Part shown: positions 47,301 to 60,560 of the stretch, one piece after another
Layout of the letters: each line of letters opens with the position of its first letter
Position numbering within the stretch: the stretch's first letter is position 1
Assembly: GCF_964204645.1 (NCBI RefSeq)
Contig: NC_134030.1
Location: forward strand, 1,347,355-1,411,354
From: Tubulanus polymorphus
Taxonomy: Eukaryota; Animalia; Nemertea
DNA length: 64,000 nt
Direction: 5' to 3'
Program-made: the position numbers and the translations under genes
Notes under the pieces: model-generated
What the model was told of the DNA's origin: nothing
Database searches by the model: none
Seen by the model: only the letters and a program-made list of their open reading frames with translations

Positions 47301-50300
47301 TTCAAAATTATTTAGGAGCTTATTATAATTTGAATGCATGAATTGAGAGCAATTTGAAATGTGTTGATATCCGAAAGTGTCTCCATTGACTTCACTCATT
47401 CACCTGATGAAGCTTCTATACATTAGTACCCAAAGCTTGTGTGTCAAATAAACTAGTTACACGTCCTATAAAGTACTACTTGTCTCGTTATATATTCTAA
47501 ACCCCAGTTAACAATTCCAGTAAGTCAGGTTTAGGGAATAGATATTTAAACCTTGAGATGATACCGATGTGATACAATTCCAGTAACTCAGGTTTAGGGA
47601 ATAGATATTTAACTCTTTGCATGCAACTTTGTTAAATTTTCAGATCTCAGAATTCTCTGATTTGTTCTTAACTACTTTCAGTACATGATAATAAAGCAAT
47701 TATGAGGGCTTTATACTAACAGGGACATAGTAAAACTATATATTTTCTGTTTCAGAACAACCTATTCTATCTAAAAATCTATACTTTTCAAAAATTTTGC
47801 TGTCTGGGGTAAGATGAGGGACCCCAGAAGGCCCCACCCAGGGTGTGGTTGTACTAAATAAGCCTGTTTTTTTTACAGTAATTAGCCAAGGAAAAAAAGA
47901 GATCAGAGAGAAACTGATTATAATTCTCCATTTTATCCAAGCTAGGGCCGTTGTTGATCACTGGGAAAAGTTTTGGGGTCCTTGGGTCATTATGATGGTC
48001 AATATCTCAAGGTCAACGAAAGGTCAAAAAATCAAATTTTAAAAAATTATTTTTTAATTTCAGTCAATATGTCTTCTCTAGTATCCTCTATTGCTGAGTA
48101 TCCTCTCATGAGCTGAAATAAAGTATTCCTCGAGGTGTCTCCGAATATTAGGGGGTCTTTGTGACCCCCTAAATTCCCAGAGGGGTCACCCTAAATTCCC
48201 AGAGGGGTCAAAATGACAGAAAATCTACAAAAAGTCAGTGTAATTTGAATGACATACTTCACTGATGCGACTACGCCGGCCAAAAATAAACACTGATAAG
48301 AGTTAGAATGATACAGTGTATGTAGTGCTACTGTGAAAATCTATCTATGTCAGGTATGCGCCGTGTCTAAACGCTCTGTCATAGGCCTATGTGCTGTATA
48401 CACAGCTGGTGCTTGTATGGATATAGGAACAGCTTCAGTGTGTTGCCAAGGCCTCCGCGTGATAACAGACATAACATGAAGTACAGAGCTCGATGTATAT
48501 TCCATCTATAGGGCCATAGCAACACTACCCGTTATATGATGTAACGTCACGCACATTTCAAAGGTTTGACGACCGTTACTTCCGGTCACCCCCAGCATGC
48601 ATAGAGTTAAACCTTGAGATGATACCGATGTGATACAATTCCAGTAAGTCAGGTTTAGGGAATAGATATTTAAACCTTGAGATGATACCGATGTTATACA
48701 ATTCCAGTAAGTCAGGTTTAGGGAATAGATATTTAAACCTTGAGATGATACCGATGTTATACAATTCCAGTAAGTCAGGTTTAGGGAATAGATATTTAAA
48801 CCTTGAGATGAAACCGATGTGATACAATTCCAGTAAGTCAGGTTTAGGGAATAGATATTTAAACCTTCAGATGATACCGATGTGATACAATTCCAGTAAG
48901 TCAGGTTTAGGGAATAGATATTTAAACCTTCAGATGATACCGATGTAATACAATTCCAGTAAGTCAGGTTTAGGGAATAGATATTTAAACCTTGAGATGA
49001 TACCGATGTTATACAATTCCAGTAAGTCAGGTTTAGGGAATAGATATTTAAACCTTCAGATGATACCGATGTTATACAATTCCAGTAAGTCAGGTTTAGG
49101 GAATAGATATTTAAACCTTCAGATGATACCGATGTGATACAATTCCAGTAAGTCAGGTTTAGGGAATAGATATTTAAACCTTCAGATGATACCGATGTGA
49201 TACAATTCCAGTAAGTCAGGTTTAGGGAATAGATATTTAAACCTTGAGATGATACCGATGTAATACAATTCCAGTAAGTCAGGTTTAGGGAATAGATATT
49301 TAAACCTTGAGATGATACCGATGTTATACAATTCCAGTAAGTCAGGTTTAGGGAATAGATATTTAAACCTTGAGATTAAACCGATGTAATACAATTCCAG
49401 TAAGTCAGGTTTAGGGAATAGATATTTAAACCTTCAGATGATACCGATGTAATACAATTCCAGTAAGTCAGGTTTAGGGAATAGATATTTAAACCTTGAG
49501 ATGATACCGATGTTATACAATTCCAGTAAGTCAGGTTTAGGGAATAGATATTTAAACCTTCAGATGAAACCGATGTGATACAATCCCAGTAAGTCAGGTT
49601 TAGGGAATAGATATTTAAACCTTGAGATGAAACCGATGTGATACAATTCCAGTAAGTCAGGTTTAGGGAATAGATATTTAAACCTTCAGATGAAACCGAT
49701 GTGATACAATCCCAGTAAGTCAGGTTTAGGGAATAGATATTTAAACCTTGAGATGAAACCGATGTGATACAATTCCAGTAAGTCAGGTTTAGGGAATAGA
49801 TATTTAAACCTTCAGATGATACCGATGTGATACAATTCCAGTAAGTCAGGTTTAGGGAATAGATATTTAAACCTTCAGATGATACCGATGTAATACAATT
49901 CCAGTAAGTCAGGTTTAGGGAATAGATATTTAAACCTTCAGATGATACCGATGTTATACAATTCCAGTAAGTCAGGTTTAGGGAATAGATATTTAAACCT
50001 TGAGATGATACCGATGTAATACAATTCCAGTAAGTCAGGTTTAGGGAATAGATATTTAAACCTTCAGATGAAACCGATGTGATACAATTCCAGTAAGTCA
50101 GGTTTAGGGAATAGATATTTAAACCTTCAGATGATACCGATGAATTTAGCAATTTTGAATGAATTAAACCAATATGAGATTTCGATCCTAAGAATATTGG
50201 AAGCTTGTGTTTAACGTTACTAAATATTAATATTATATAAAGCTAGAAGGACACGAGCGTATCCATTTTTCGCCCGATCGCGACGATTAAATTCGCCGGT

Positions 50301-53300
50301 GAATTTATACGCCCGATACGAGCGGGTACCGATCTATCTATAAATCGGCCATCACGGTGATTTCGTCGCCCGCCGACATTAAACATGTTCGATATTTACG
50401 CCGGTGTTCGGGTCACTTGTTAATTCGCCCGTCTTGTCGGCAAGCTTAAAAAGATTTAGAAAAAACTAGAAATTCTCATTCCTGAATGAACTGGATTCAT
50501 CTGGGTTCAGTTTCATGAGACACAGTTCAAACTGCTCTTGAATTTGAGTTTGTAATTAATGTATGTGATTATAATGAATTGTATTTTTGTTTTACAGCTT
50601 TGGCATTTCGGTTAAGTCGTGCGTTCCGGCGGGAGGAGTTCGTCAGAATATTTCTACCGGAGTGTAAGTAGTTTAACTATTTTCATACAATATCATTTAG
50701 TATGACGTGTGTTACTGATTCAGGCACGGATCCAGGAATGTTTCCAAGACGGGGTTCATAAAAATGCTGACTAAAATCTCTAATAATAGCCGGGGCCTAT
50801 ACGGCATATTTTTTGGCCAAACATAAGGCCTTTTTTTAATAGCATGGTTTGGTTGCTCCCAAAATTTGAAGAAACATAAAATAAAAAAGAATTAGAAAAA
50901 AAATTTTTTATTCCTGTCTGTGAAACAAATTCAGTGAAAAACCGAGCAAAAAAGATTTTTCACCTCGGCCGAATGAGAATCCTGGATTGAACGATGAAAC
51001 AATTGAAAAACGCGAGGTTCTTTTTTGATCGCAGTGTGCAGAATTCAAACTTTCCAAGAATCATTTGTTCGGACATATGTATATTGCCCTATTGACAGTT
51101 CCCTCTTCCTTCTAAAAGTGATTTTATCTCACTGAGGGAATTTTAAAAAAATTTTCTCTGAAATGATATGGTAGCGTTTTTTTTTTTGCTTTAAAAATTT
51201 TTTGGTAGCCGATCAGCGGGGTCACGACCCCTGAAACCCTCCCTGGATCCGCGCCTATGATATCTCCTCAAAATCTAATAAAAACTTTCAATGAATTAAT
51301 GCTGTAATGACGATATGTAGCCATCTGTCTATTTGAATGCATTTGCAAAAAGACAAAAAGAAATAGTAGCAGAATTTTGGCTAAAAGTTTAGAATACCCA
51401 AATTCAACATTGCTTGCAGCAGACGGAATTTCCGCCATTTTGGTTAACAGGGGATTCCCCCCTCCGGTACTTCCCATGATCAATAGTGTCTATGACGCGT
51501 TGCGTACGGAATGCCATGGAATTCCCTCACATGATTTATGATAATAATGTTTACTTGCATTCTGATTGGTTAAAATCGCGTGTAGTTTGAACGTAGGCAA
51601 TGTTTACATTTGTAACGTCACCGGCGAGTCGCTGACATTAACGTAGTCATTGAGTTAACATTATCTTGCACTGAATGGTGATATCAATCGCATTCATTTT
51701 ATAAATATTTTGACTATAAATTTGTTTTTATATATCAACTGCGAGTAACAGTGTTACGCTATTGAGTCTTAAGAGACAGCCTTTATGGACCTTATTGGTT
51801 GTTATAACTCACAAGCTGACTGAGTTAGCATTCTGGATCCGTCAGATTAGTTACTTCTAGAAAATATGTTAGTCACATTTTCTGACTATATTCTGGAAAA
51901 CAGTGAAAGCTTGTATCCACCCTAGATTAGAACCAATCAGAATAGAACCAATCAGAATACACTATTTTACAGAAAATATATTTATGACAATTGCGTAAGG
52001 TTTTAGTAAAATAGTGTTTTTTCTCGAGTAGTTGCCGAAGAAGCATAAAAATTTGATTCAATTTCATTCAGATTTAAACAAACAAATCGAATTTCATTTC
52101 ATTCAGCGCAAACTTCAAATCTAATTAAAATTTTGTTCAGTATGAATAAGTTGCAAATCATTGAGAGGAAAAAATAATTAATTGTGTTACTTAAAAAAAT
52201 CACAATTGTACTGTGTTTATCAAAACAGGAGACCACAGGACCTTTGGTCCTCTAGTATTCTTTTCCTAGTTATTCCAAAAACACTAAAACAGTCCAATCA
52301 GCGATCGCTGCCAGACCAACACGATTACATTGAAATCAAACTTAAGTAACATCAGGCGCCCCCTGTTGGAATAATATTCATAGCCGTAGCATCGAAACCA
52401 TTCGACTTGTTGTTTAATGTATTTCTCTCTATTTTTATTTTACAGTGATGAACATTTTACAAGACTGTCCGTTTGGGGACTTGGTGGGGGAATTCAAAAG
52501 AAACTTGGTTCCCGATAGGATACCACCACCGGTTAATCCTATGTCGCCCGCTGCTGCCCCTCCCCCACGTCCATTAAATTCGCCTCAGCAGCGGCCTGTC
52601 AGACAGCCGCCCCCGGCCGCCACTCGTTCGTCAGACAGAGTCCGGGGACGGCTGTTTGAAGGAGATCTGACGGAGGTAAGAATCTTTATTTGTTTTCATA
52701 TTTTATTCAGGATATCAGTTGAAGTTCAGCAAATAAATTACCAGACCTGTAAACAGAAGAGTAGTCATAAATTTCCATTTGCGGGTAAAACCCCATAGTC
52801 GAAAACCTTCGGTTATTGATCTATATCTGCTTAAGACCAATGGTTGTACACACGAGTGCGAAAACTTATCGCTCAAACTTTGATTGTATCCATGGTAACG
52901 CGTACAGTATACTATGCGTGACTTACCGTTTCCTATCACTGGAATACAATACTGTTTTTGACCATGAGCGCCATCTGCGGCGGTCATAACGGACTGACTG
53001 GTGATTGGCTGAAATGCTCGTCTACCGTGGTGACGATTATTCGGTGTTACACGTGCAGCAGACACGTCTCTGAATATCTAACATTTGATTTTTGTAACTC
53101 ATCGGGAAAAATATGTTTATGAGTCGATTTTTTGTCGAAATTTTGTTCGGCAGAAAATTGGCTGCGTACGTCAAGAAGGCGGCTGATATTTGTATCGTGT
53201 GACCCCTCGTCCCGGTAATATGCCGACCCACGTACACCTGAGACCAGTTGCATAGTCAGAGCTTAGAATTAAGACCGTTCTAAGACCAACTTAGTTCTAT

Positions 53301-54202
53301 AGCCAATCTAATAACTTAAGACCAGTCTTTAGATTTAAGACCACTTTTGGACTTAAGTCTTGACCATGGAATCGGCCCCAGATGCTTATTCCGCTGTATT
53401 GGATGCTGACGTGCTCGTGTCTTCCAGCAATGTTGTTATTCACCAAAAATATCATGTTTTGTTCGAATAACACAATTCATCTGAGTCTGGGTTTAACGGA
53501 TGACACGTTCAAACAGAACTACGAAATCAATATCAGAAGTCCTTTTATATTGAAACGGTCCCAGAAGTCCCTGTTATAATGGGTACTTTTTCAAAAAAAG
53601 TAACGAGAACTCCGATGGCTTTCCGTATCGGTAAAAACTAACTATTTCTATGAGCGTCACTTGTAGATTTACCGAAACGCCACCTTGTGACACGATATCC
53701 TAACTACGTATAGGTGTTTTATTTGCTGAATCGCTGGTTTCTCATTCTCATTTTTTATACTTGTGTTTAATTTTATACTAAACAAATTTTTCACTTTTTC
53801 TCTTTACAGACACGACCACCGCCAAAAAAAACTAGAACAAAAAGGAAAAGAAAAGTTGCGGTCGTCGTGGCTCCGCAGGGAGGAGGAGCAAGAGTGGTCC
53901 CGGCGGATGGTGCGGCTGAAGAAGGTAATCGGGAGGAAGGGGAGGGGATAAATAGGAAGCGGCCGAGGAGGGATGGTGGTGGGGCTGGGGATGGTGCGGG
54001 TCCTGCTCCTCCTGCTCCTCCATCCGTATCTCGGGCGGTCACTCGTTCACTCGCCAAAAAGCTGGCGAGTGAACGAGTGGCCCGAGAGGTAGAGGTGGTG
54101 GCCCGACATACGGATGGAATGTGGGAGGAGCGGCTTCGTTCGGGGACAATTCCGGATTTGTTAACTGATTTAAAAAATATTCTTTCAGTGAAGGGATATT
54201 AG
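37061..54202 (+). CDS. Spliced gene copy 2, with an apparent 1-nt frameshift in exon 1
   Basis: Exons 37061-37122 (62 nt), 38289-38381, 38791-38829, 39200-39226, 41092-41130, 41341-41425, 50598-50663, 52446-52675, 53810-54202; all splice sites kept; exons 2-9 open in frame. Confidence 0.75.
41890..47140 (+). mobile_element. Decayed DIRS-type retrotransposon, copy 2
   Basis: Uninterrupted RT stretch LDLKD..QVPIHPKSHQFHRMKWKRCQFQFRSLPVGLSTA at 46535-46660; VYLDDWLL at ~46881. Confidence 0.75.
43269..44477. mobile_element. hAT5-like non-autonomous element, copy 2
   Basis: CAGGGTTC/GAACCCTG TIR, CTGAA TSD. Confidence 0.85.
47510..50142. repeat. 63-bp minisatellite, ~26 units, interrupted by a transposon
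   Basis: Same unit as 15110-15485. Confidence 0.95.
47613..48606. mobile_element. piggyBac-like non-autonomous element, copy 2 only
   Basis: TTAA TSD at the TTAA of a 63-bp unit; TIR CTCTTTGCATGC / GCATGCATAGAG. Confidence 0.88.
50721..51259. mobile_element. MITE in intron 7, copy 2 only
   Basis: TIR AGGCACGGATCCAGG / CCTGGATCCGCGCCT; absent at ~16063. Confidence 0.75.
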
Positions 54203-57200
54203 GTGCCTTGAACGCATGAGTCGTTCATGCGCGCCTAATATGCCTTCACTGAAAAAAATCAACTATAACATGTACCACATATTTTTTGATTTAATTTTAG
54301 TCCAATTCCACAATTATTTCGGCTTACAATAGTGTCTTCAATTCTTTAAAGCCCAAAGCACCTTTTTGACTCAACATCCAGTATGAAGGTGGCCGGGAAT
54401 CGGGCCTGTTTTCTTCCATTTTTGTATCCCGCCCAGCATACTGGTTGTTGACTCGAAAAGGTGCTCGCTCTGGGAGCTTATCAAAGGCAGGTGATGGGAA
54501 AGGTGCCATCACACACTCTCCTTTGATAAGTTTCCTAGAGTGTCACGGGCTTTAACGGGTTGAATTCACTATAATACCAATTTTCCAAAATCAATTTAAT
54601 TTCTTTCAGGCCATTCTTTTTCCATGTTTTTCTGGTACATGTTATGGTTGATTTCCATTTTCGAAAATCCGGAATTGAAGCCGTTCGAAGTCGGGGGGAT
54701 GGTGGTGGGGTTGGGTTAGTTTAGGGTTCCTCTCTGATTACCTTCTTTAGCTCATCATCCGTGCAGGTGGCGCTTGCTCTTCTAGCCGGTGTTCCCTGGG
54801 GTAAACATTTTAAATTTAAAAAATCAAAAATAAAAAAAAATTATAAAATCTTTAAAAATCTCATCTCATTTCATCCAATTTATTTATTTGCGGGTGCGAT
54901 GCCTATCGCACCCATTCATGTCATCCATCAAAAAAAAAATTAAAACTAAAAACGAAAAAAAATATAAAAATTTAAAAAATCTCATCTCATTTCATCCAAT
55001 TTATTTGCGGGTGCGATTCCTATCGCACCCATTCATGTCATTCATCCAAAAAAAATAAAAAACTAAAAACGAAAAAAAAATATAAAAATTAAAAAAATCT
55101 CATCTCATTTCATCCAATTTATTTATTTGCGGGTGCGATTCCTATCGCACCCATTCAGTTCATTCATCCAAAAAAAAATAAAATACTAAAAACGAAAAAA
55201 AAATATTAAAATTAAAAAATCTCATCTCATTTCATCCAATTTATTTATTTGCGGGTGCGATTCCTATCGCACCCATTCATGTCATTCATCAAAAAAAAAT
55301 TAAAACTAAAAACGAAAAAAAATATAAAAATTTAAAAAATCTCATCTCATTTCATCCAATTTATTTATTTGCGGGTGCGATTCCTATCGCACCCATTCAT
55401 GTCATTCATCCAAAAAAAATTTAAAAACTAGAAATTAAAGTTCTAAGTTTGTTGTTAGATTCTATTCAAAGAACGTTGTAAAGTTCTTAATTTGTCGTAA
55501 AAAACGTTAGAAAAAAAAGAACTTCTTAAAGTTCTCAATCTGCCGTAAAATGCAATTGAAAAGATTATAACTCACATGAAAATTAAAAAGATAAAATAAT
55601 TGATAAATAATCATTAATAAAAATTGAACTTTGGTCTCGCAATGTTTCCCCGTTATGCATTTTTTACTCGTCGTCAAACATCGGCAGCTCATCGTCGATA
55701 CTCGCAGCTCGATACACACCAGCAGCTTGTCGTCGATACACACCAGCAGCTCGATACACACCAGCAGCTTGTCGTCGATACTCACCAGCAGCTCGATTCA
55801 CACCAGCAGTTCGTCGTTGATACACACCAGCAGTTCGTCGTCGATACACACCAGCAGCTCGATACACACCAGCAGTTCGTCATCTATACACACCAGCAGT
55901 TTGTCGTCGATACACACCAGCAGTTCGTCGTCGATACACACCAGCAGTTCGTCGTCGATACACACCAGCAGTTCGTCGTCGATACACACCAGCAGCTCGA
56001 TACTCAGCAGCAGTTTGATACACACCAGCAGCTCGTCGATACACACCAGCAGTTCGTCGTCGATACACACCAGAAGCTCGATACACACCAGCAGCTCGTC
56101 GTCGATACACACCAGCCGCTCGATACTCACAGCTCGATACACACCAGCAGCTCGTCGATACACACCAGCAGCTCGATACTCACCAGCAGCTCGATACACA
56201 CCAGCAGCTCGTCGTCGATACACACCAGCAGCTTGATATTCACAGCTCGATACACACCAGCAGCTCGTTGATACACACCAGCAGCTCGTTGATACACACC
56301 AGCAGCTCGATACACACCAGCAGCTCGATACACACCAGCAGCTCGTCGTCGATACACACCAGCAGCTTGATACCAAAACAGCTTTTAGCTGGTGAAAACC
56401 TACCCCCCATCGGGGTTAAACATGATCAAGCTATTATTCTAGGAATATAACTGTTGCAAGGGAAGTTAAGATTCATTAACCTAAACTTGATACAAAGAGA
56501 TTATTGCTAATTATGAATTTCAAGGGTTTAAAAACTGATTTAAAAATCTTGAAAGACGCTCGGTCTCACTAGAGATTTTCATCTTAAAGATTTATTGTCC
56601 TCTTACTATTGTTTAGGTGATCTATAATTTGGTAAATGCTGCTGTTGGAAAGATGCCAGAAGAAAGTTGATTCGTGCACATCTTCACTTCACGTATTTAT
56701 TGCACAAGGCGCCGACTTGCACCTGCACTACACCATTCACACTTCACCACTTCTGCATCTTTATCAATTAATTCTGGCATCTATTTGAAAATTACTTTAA
56801 ACATCAGATCTCAAACTGAAACATTGAGGTATTGAATTTCAAACTGAAATATCGAGCTATCGAATCTCGATCTCAAATGTTTACTGGAAGCCATATTTGA
56901 TGTTGTATTATTCATCATAGATTGTTTAGTGTTTTCTGGCATATGCGGGCCATTTAAGATGGTCAGATAAATTCCCCGGTGGAAAATATATCTCGTGGAA
57001 GAGTCATGGAAATGAAAAATATCTTATGTAGATGTGAAGTTAGGAACCTTGCAACAGTTATTCCACCTGAGGATAATTTGATATAAGATGAATCAGTTAT
57101 TGGATCATTTAACTGAAGCCAAATATAGTGAAAATCTTAGTAAAAATTTGTCTCAAACTACAATTGAAAGGACTTATCACAGTTCTAATTCGACTCTAGG

Positions 57201-58364
57201 TGCGTTCAGAAGAACTTCTTAACAGTGAAAAAACTTGACTAAAAATCAGGAATCGACCCTGTTCATTGATAAGATTTGATCTTTATTTGAAGATTAAGAA
57301 TCAAACTCGCTAATTCACAATTTTTGGTAGTAAATACTGTTGATCCATCATATTCGCAGCCCCCGTGGGCTTATCGATCCATCATACGTGCAGCCCCCGT
57401 GGGCTTACCAGTCCATCATACTCACAGCCCCAGTGGGCTTATCAATCCATCATACGCGCAGCCCCCTTGGGCTTATCAATGAGAAACATTCAGACATAGT
57501 AACCGTTTTACTCGTGCTTTTCAACGACACCGTCTTATCACTCTGTAGAACGGCGATCGCAGCGTGAAATTTGTAATCGTATTTCTCCGCTGAATTTGAA
57601 TATTTGATACGCGACGCGCGTGATTGAAGCTTTGTTTATGTTCGTGCTTGCCGCGATTAATTGTCATAAATATATCCTCCGTACAGGAGGACCATGAAAA
57701 GGTTTGAAGGGATCCCTAGTTAGCGCTTGTCCAGGTTTGGCTCTGGACCCGCTTGTTCGACTAGGCATCTTGTTGGAAATTTTGTCGACTGAAACTTCCG
57801 TAACTTTCGTTTTAGACCTCGCTGCTCGAAGAGCCGTTGCTGCGTCGGTTACTGTCATGCTTCGGCACAATTTTGAACGATTGTTGGAAACCGCCTTGTT
57901 CTTCTGCTGCAGATGTTGACTGTGTCGTACCCACAGTAAAGTAGCCATCTTAAATTCAAATAGTTTCGGACATTTGAGGTCCTCATCAACTCCGAGTCTT
58001 CATTCAACTGCAGTTACTGCCATTTGCCAGTGTCTGATGTAGAAGTTCTGACTTGACATTTTGATTTTCAGAATTAAAACCTTTTTTCTATTAAAGAAAT
58101 TAGATATTGGTCAAAAAGAAATTAGATATTGGTTAAAAAACAAGTGAATAATTGTTTGTATGAAAAAAGAAAATCATGTTAGAAAAAAATATAGATGTGA
58201 AAAAATATAGATGTAAGAAAAAAAAAGTATATTGTAAATCGACGAGACGACAGAACCAGCATCAGCAACAACAACATCAGAGGAAGCAGTAACCAGTTAT
58301 TTATCAGCTCCATAAATTACTGAAACGAAATCCACAACTCGGAAACCAACCACACTCAACTCTA

Positions 58365-60560
58365 GAATTGTTCATACAACTGTCAACATGGAGTTCATCT
58401 CACAAGCAAATTAGGTAATTATCTTATGAAATTGTATGAATTGCCAATTTAACATTTTTGCATTTCAAGTAGGTGTAATTGAATGTTTGTCAACCTTACT
58501 CTTATAAAACTGTGTTAACCGTTGAACAGGATTCTAAGACTGTGCAGAAAACCCGTTATCGCTGCTTTGCAGCTATAATTATCTGATAAATTAGTATGGA
58601 ATGCCAATTTTACATTTTTGCATTTAAGTTTAAGTGAGTTTAAAATCACGTTTCATTTGTTGTTTATTTTGTCTTTTCAGTTTTCAATTTGCCGAGGTCA
58701 GTCGTCAAAAACTGTTACAACGGAAACTAAGATAACAAAGACTTGATTTGGCAAAGATTGAAGAAATCCTGCGAAAAGATTATTCATGAATTGTTCATAC
58801 AACTGTCAACATGGAGTTCATCTCACAAGCAAATTAGGTAATTATCTTATGATTTTGTATGAAATGCTAATTTTTACTCGTTAATTTTTTACAAATAAGT
58901 TGACTTTGAAATCTTTATTAATTTCTTGTTTATTTTGTTTTTTCAGTTTTCAATTTGCCGAGATCAGTCATCAAAAACTGTTACAACGCAAACTAAGATA
59001 ACAAAGACTTGATTTGGCAAAGATTGAAGAAATCCTGCGAAAAGCTTATTCATGAATTGTTCATACAACTGTCAACATGGAGTTCATCTCACAAGCAAAT
59101 TAGGTAGTTATCTTATGATTTTGTATGAAATGCTAATTTTTACTCGTTAATTTTTTACAAATAAGTTGACTTTGAAATCTTTATTAATTTCTTGTTTATT
59201 TTGTTTTTTCAGTTTTCAATTTGCCGAGATCAGTCATCAAAAACTGTTACAACGGAAACTAAGATAACAAAGACTTGATTTGGCAAAGATTGAAGAAATC
59301 CTGCGAAAAGCTTATTCATGAATTGTTCATACAACTGTCAACATGGAGTTCATCTCACAAGCAAATTAGGTAGTTATCTTAGGATTTTGTATGAAATGCT
59401 AATTTTTACTCGTTAATTTTTTACAAATAAGTTGACTTTGAAATCTTTATTAATTTCTTGTTTATTTTGTTTTTTCAGTTTTCAATTTGCCGAGATCAGT
59501 CATAAAAAAACTGTTACAACGGAAACTAAGATAACAAAGACTTGATTTGGCAAAGATTGAAGAAATCCTGCGAAGAGATTATTCAAGAATTGTTCATACA
59601 ACTGTCAACATGGAGTTCATCTCACAAGCAAATTAGGTAATTATCTTATGGTTTTGTATGAAATGCTAATTTTACATTTTTGCATTTAAGTTTAAATGAG
59701 TTTAAAATCACGTTTCATTTGCTGTTTATTTTGTCTTTTCAGTTTTCAATTTGCCGAGATCAATCGTCAGAAAACTGTTTCAACGGAAACTAAGATAACA
59801 AAGACTTGATTTGGCAAAGATTGAAGAAATCCTGCGAAAAGCTTATTCATGAATTGTTCATACAACTGTCAACATGGAGTTCATCTCACAAGCAAATTAG
59901 GTAGTTATCTTAGGATTTTGTATGAAATGCTAATTTTTACTCGTTAATTTTTTACAAATAAGTTGACTTTGAAATCTTTATTAATTTCTTGTTTATTTTG
60001 TTTTTTCAGTTTTCAATTTGCCGAGATCAGTCATAAAAAAACTGTTACAACGGAAACTAAGATAACAAAGACTTGATTTGGCAAAGATTGAAGAAATCCT
60101 GCGAAGAGATTATTCAAGAATTGTTCATACAACTGTCAACATGGAGTTCATCTCACAAGCAAATTAGGTAATTATCTTATGGTTTTGTATGAAATGCTAA
60201 TTTTACATTTTTGCATTTAAGTTTAAATGAGTTTAAAATCACGTTTCATTTGCTGTTTATTTTGTCTTTTCAGTTTTCAATTTGCCGAGATCAATCGTCA
60301 GAAAACTGTTTCAACGGAAACTAAGATAACAAAGACTTGATTTGGCAAAGATTGAAGAAATCCTGCGAAGAGATTATTCAAGAATTGTTCATACAACTGT
60401 CAACATGGAGTTCATCTCACAAGCAAATTAGGTAATTATCTTATGATTTTGTATGAAATGCTAAATTTTACTCGTTATTTTTTTACTAATAAGTTGACTT
60501 TGAAATCTTTATTTATTTCTTGTTTATTTTGTCTTTTCAGTTTTGAATTTGCCGAGATTC
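58365..60560 (+). repeat. Exon+intron tandem array, copy 2 (7 internal exons vs 5)
   Basis: Same unit as 22335-23990. Confidence 0.8.

Noticed and set aside
49376-50152. 258-aa ORF with LRR-looking repeats (also 15109-15495)
   Set aside because: Translation of the 63-bp satellite; length differs between copies
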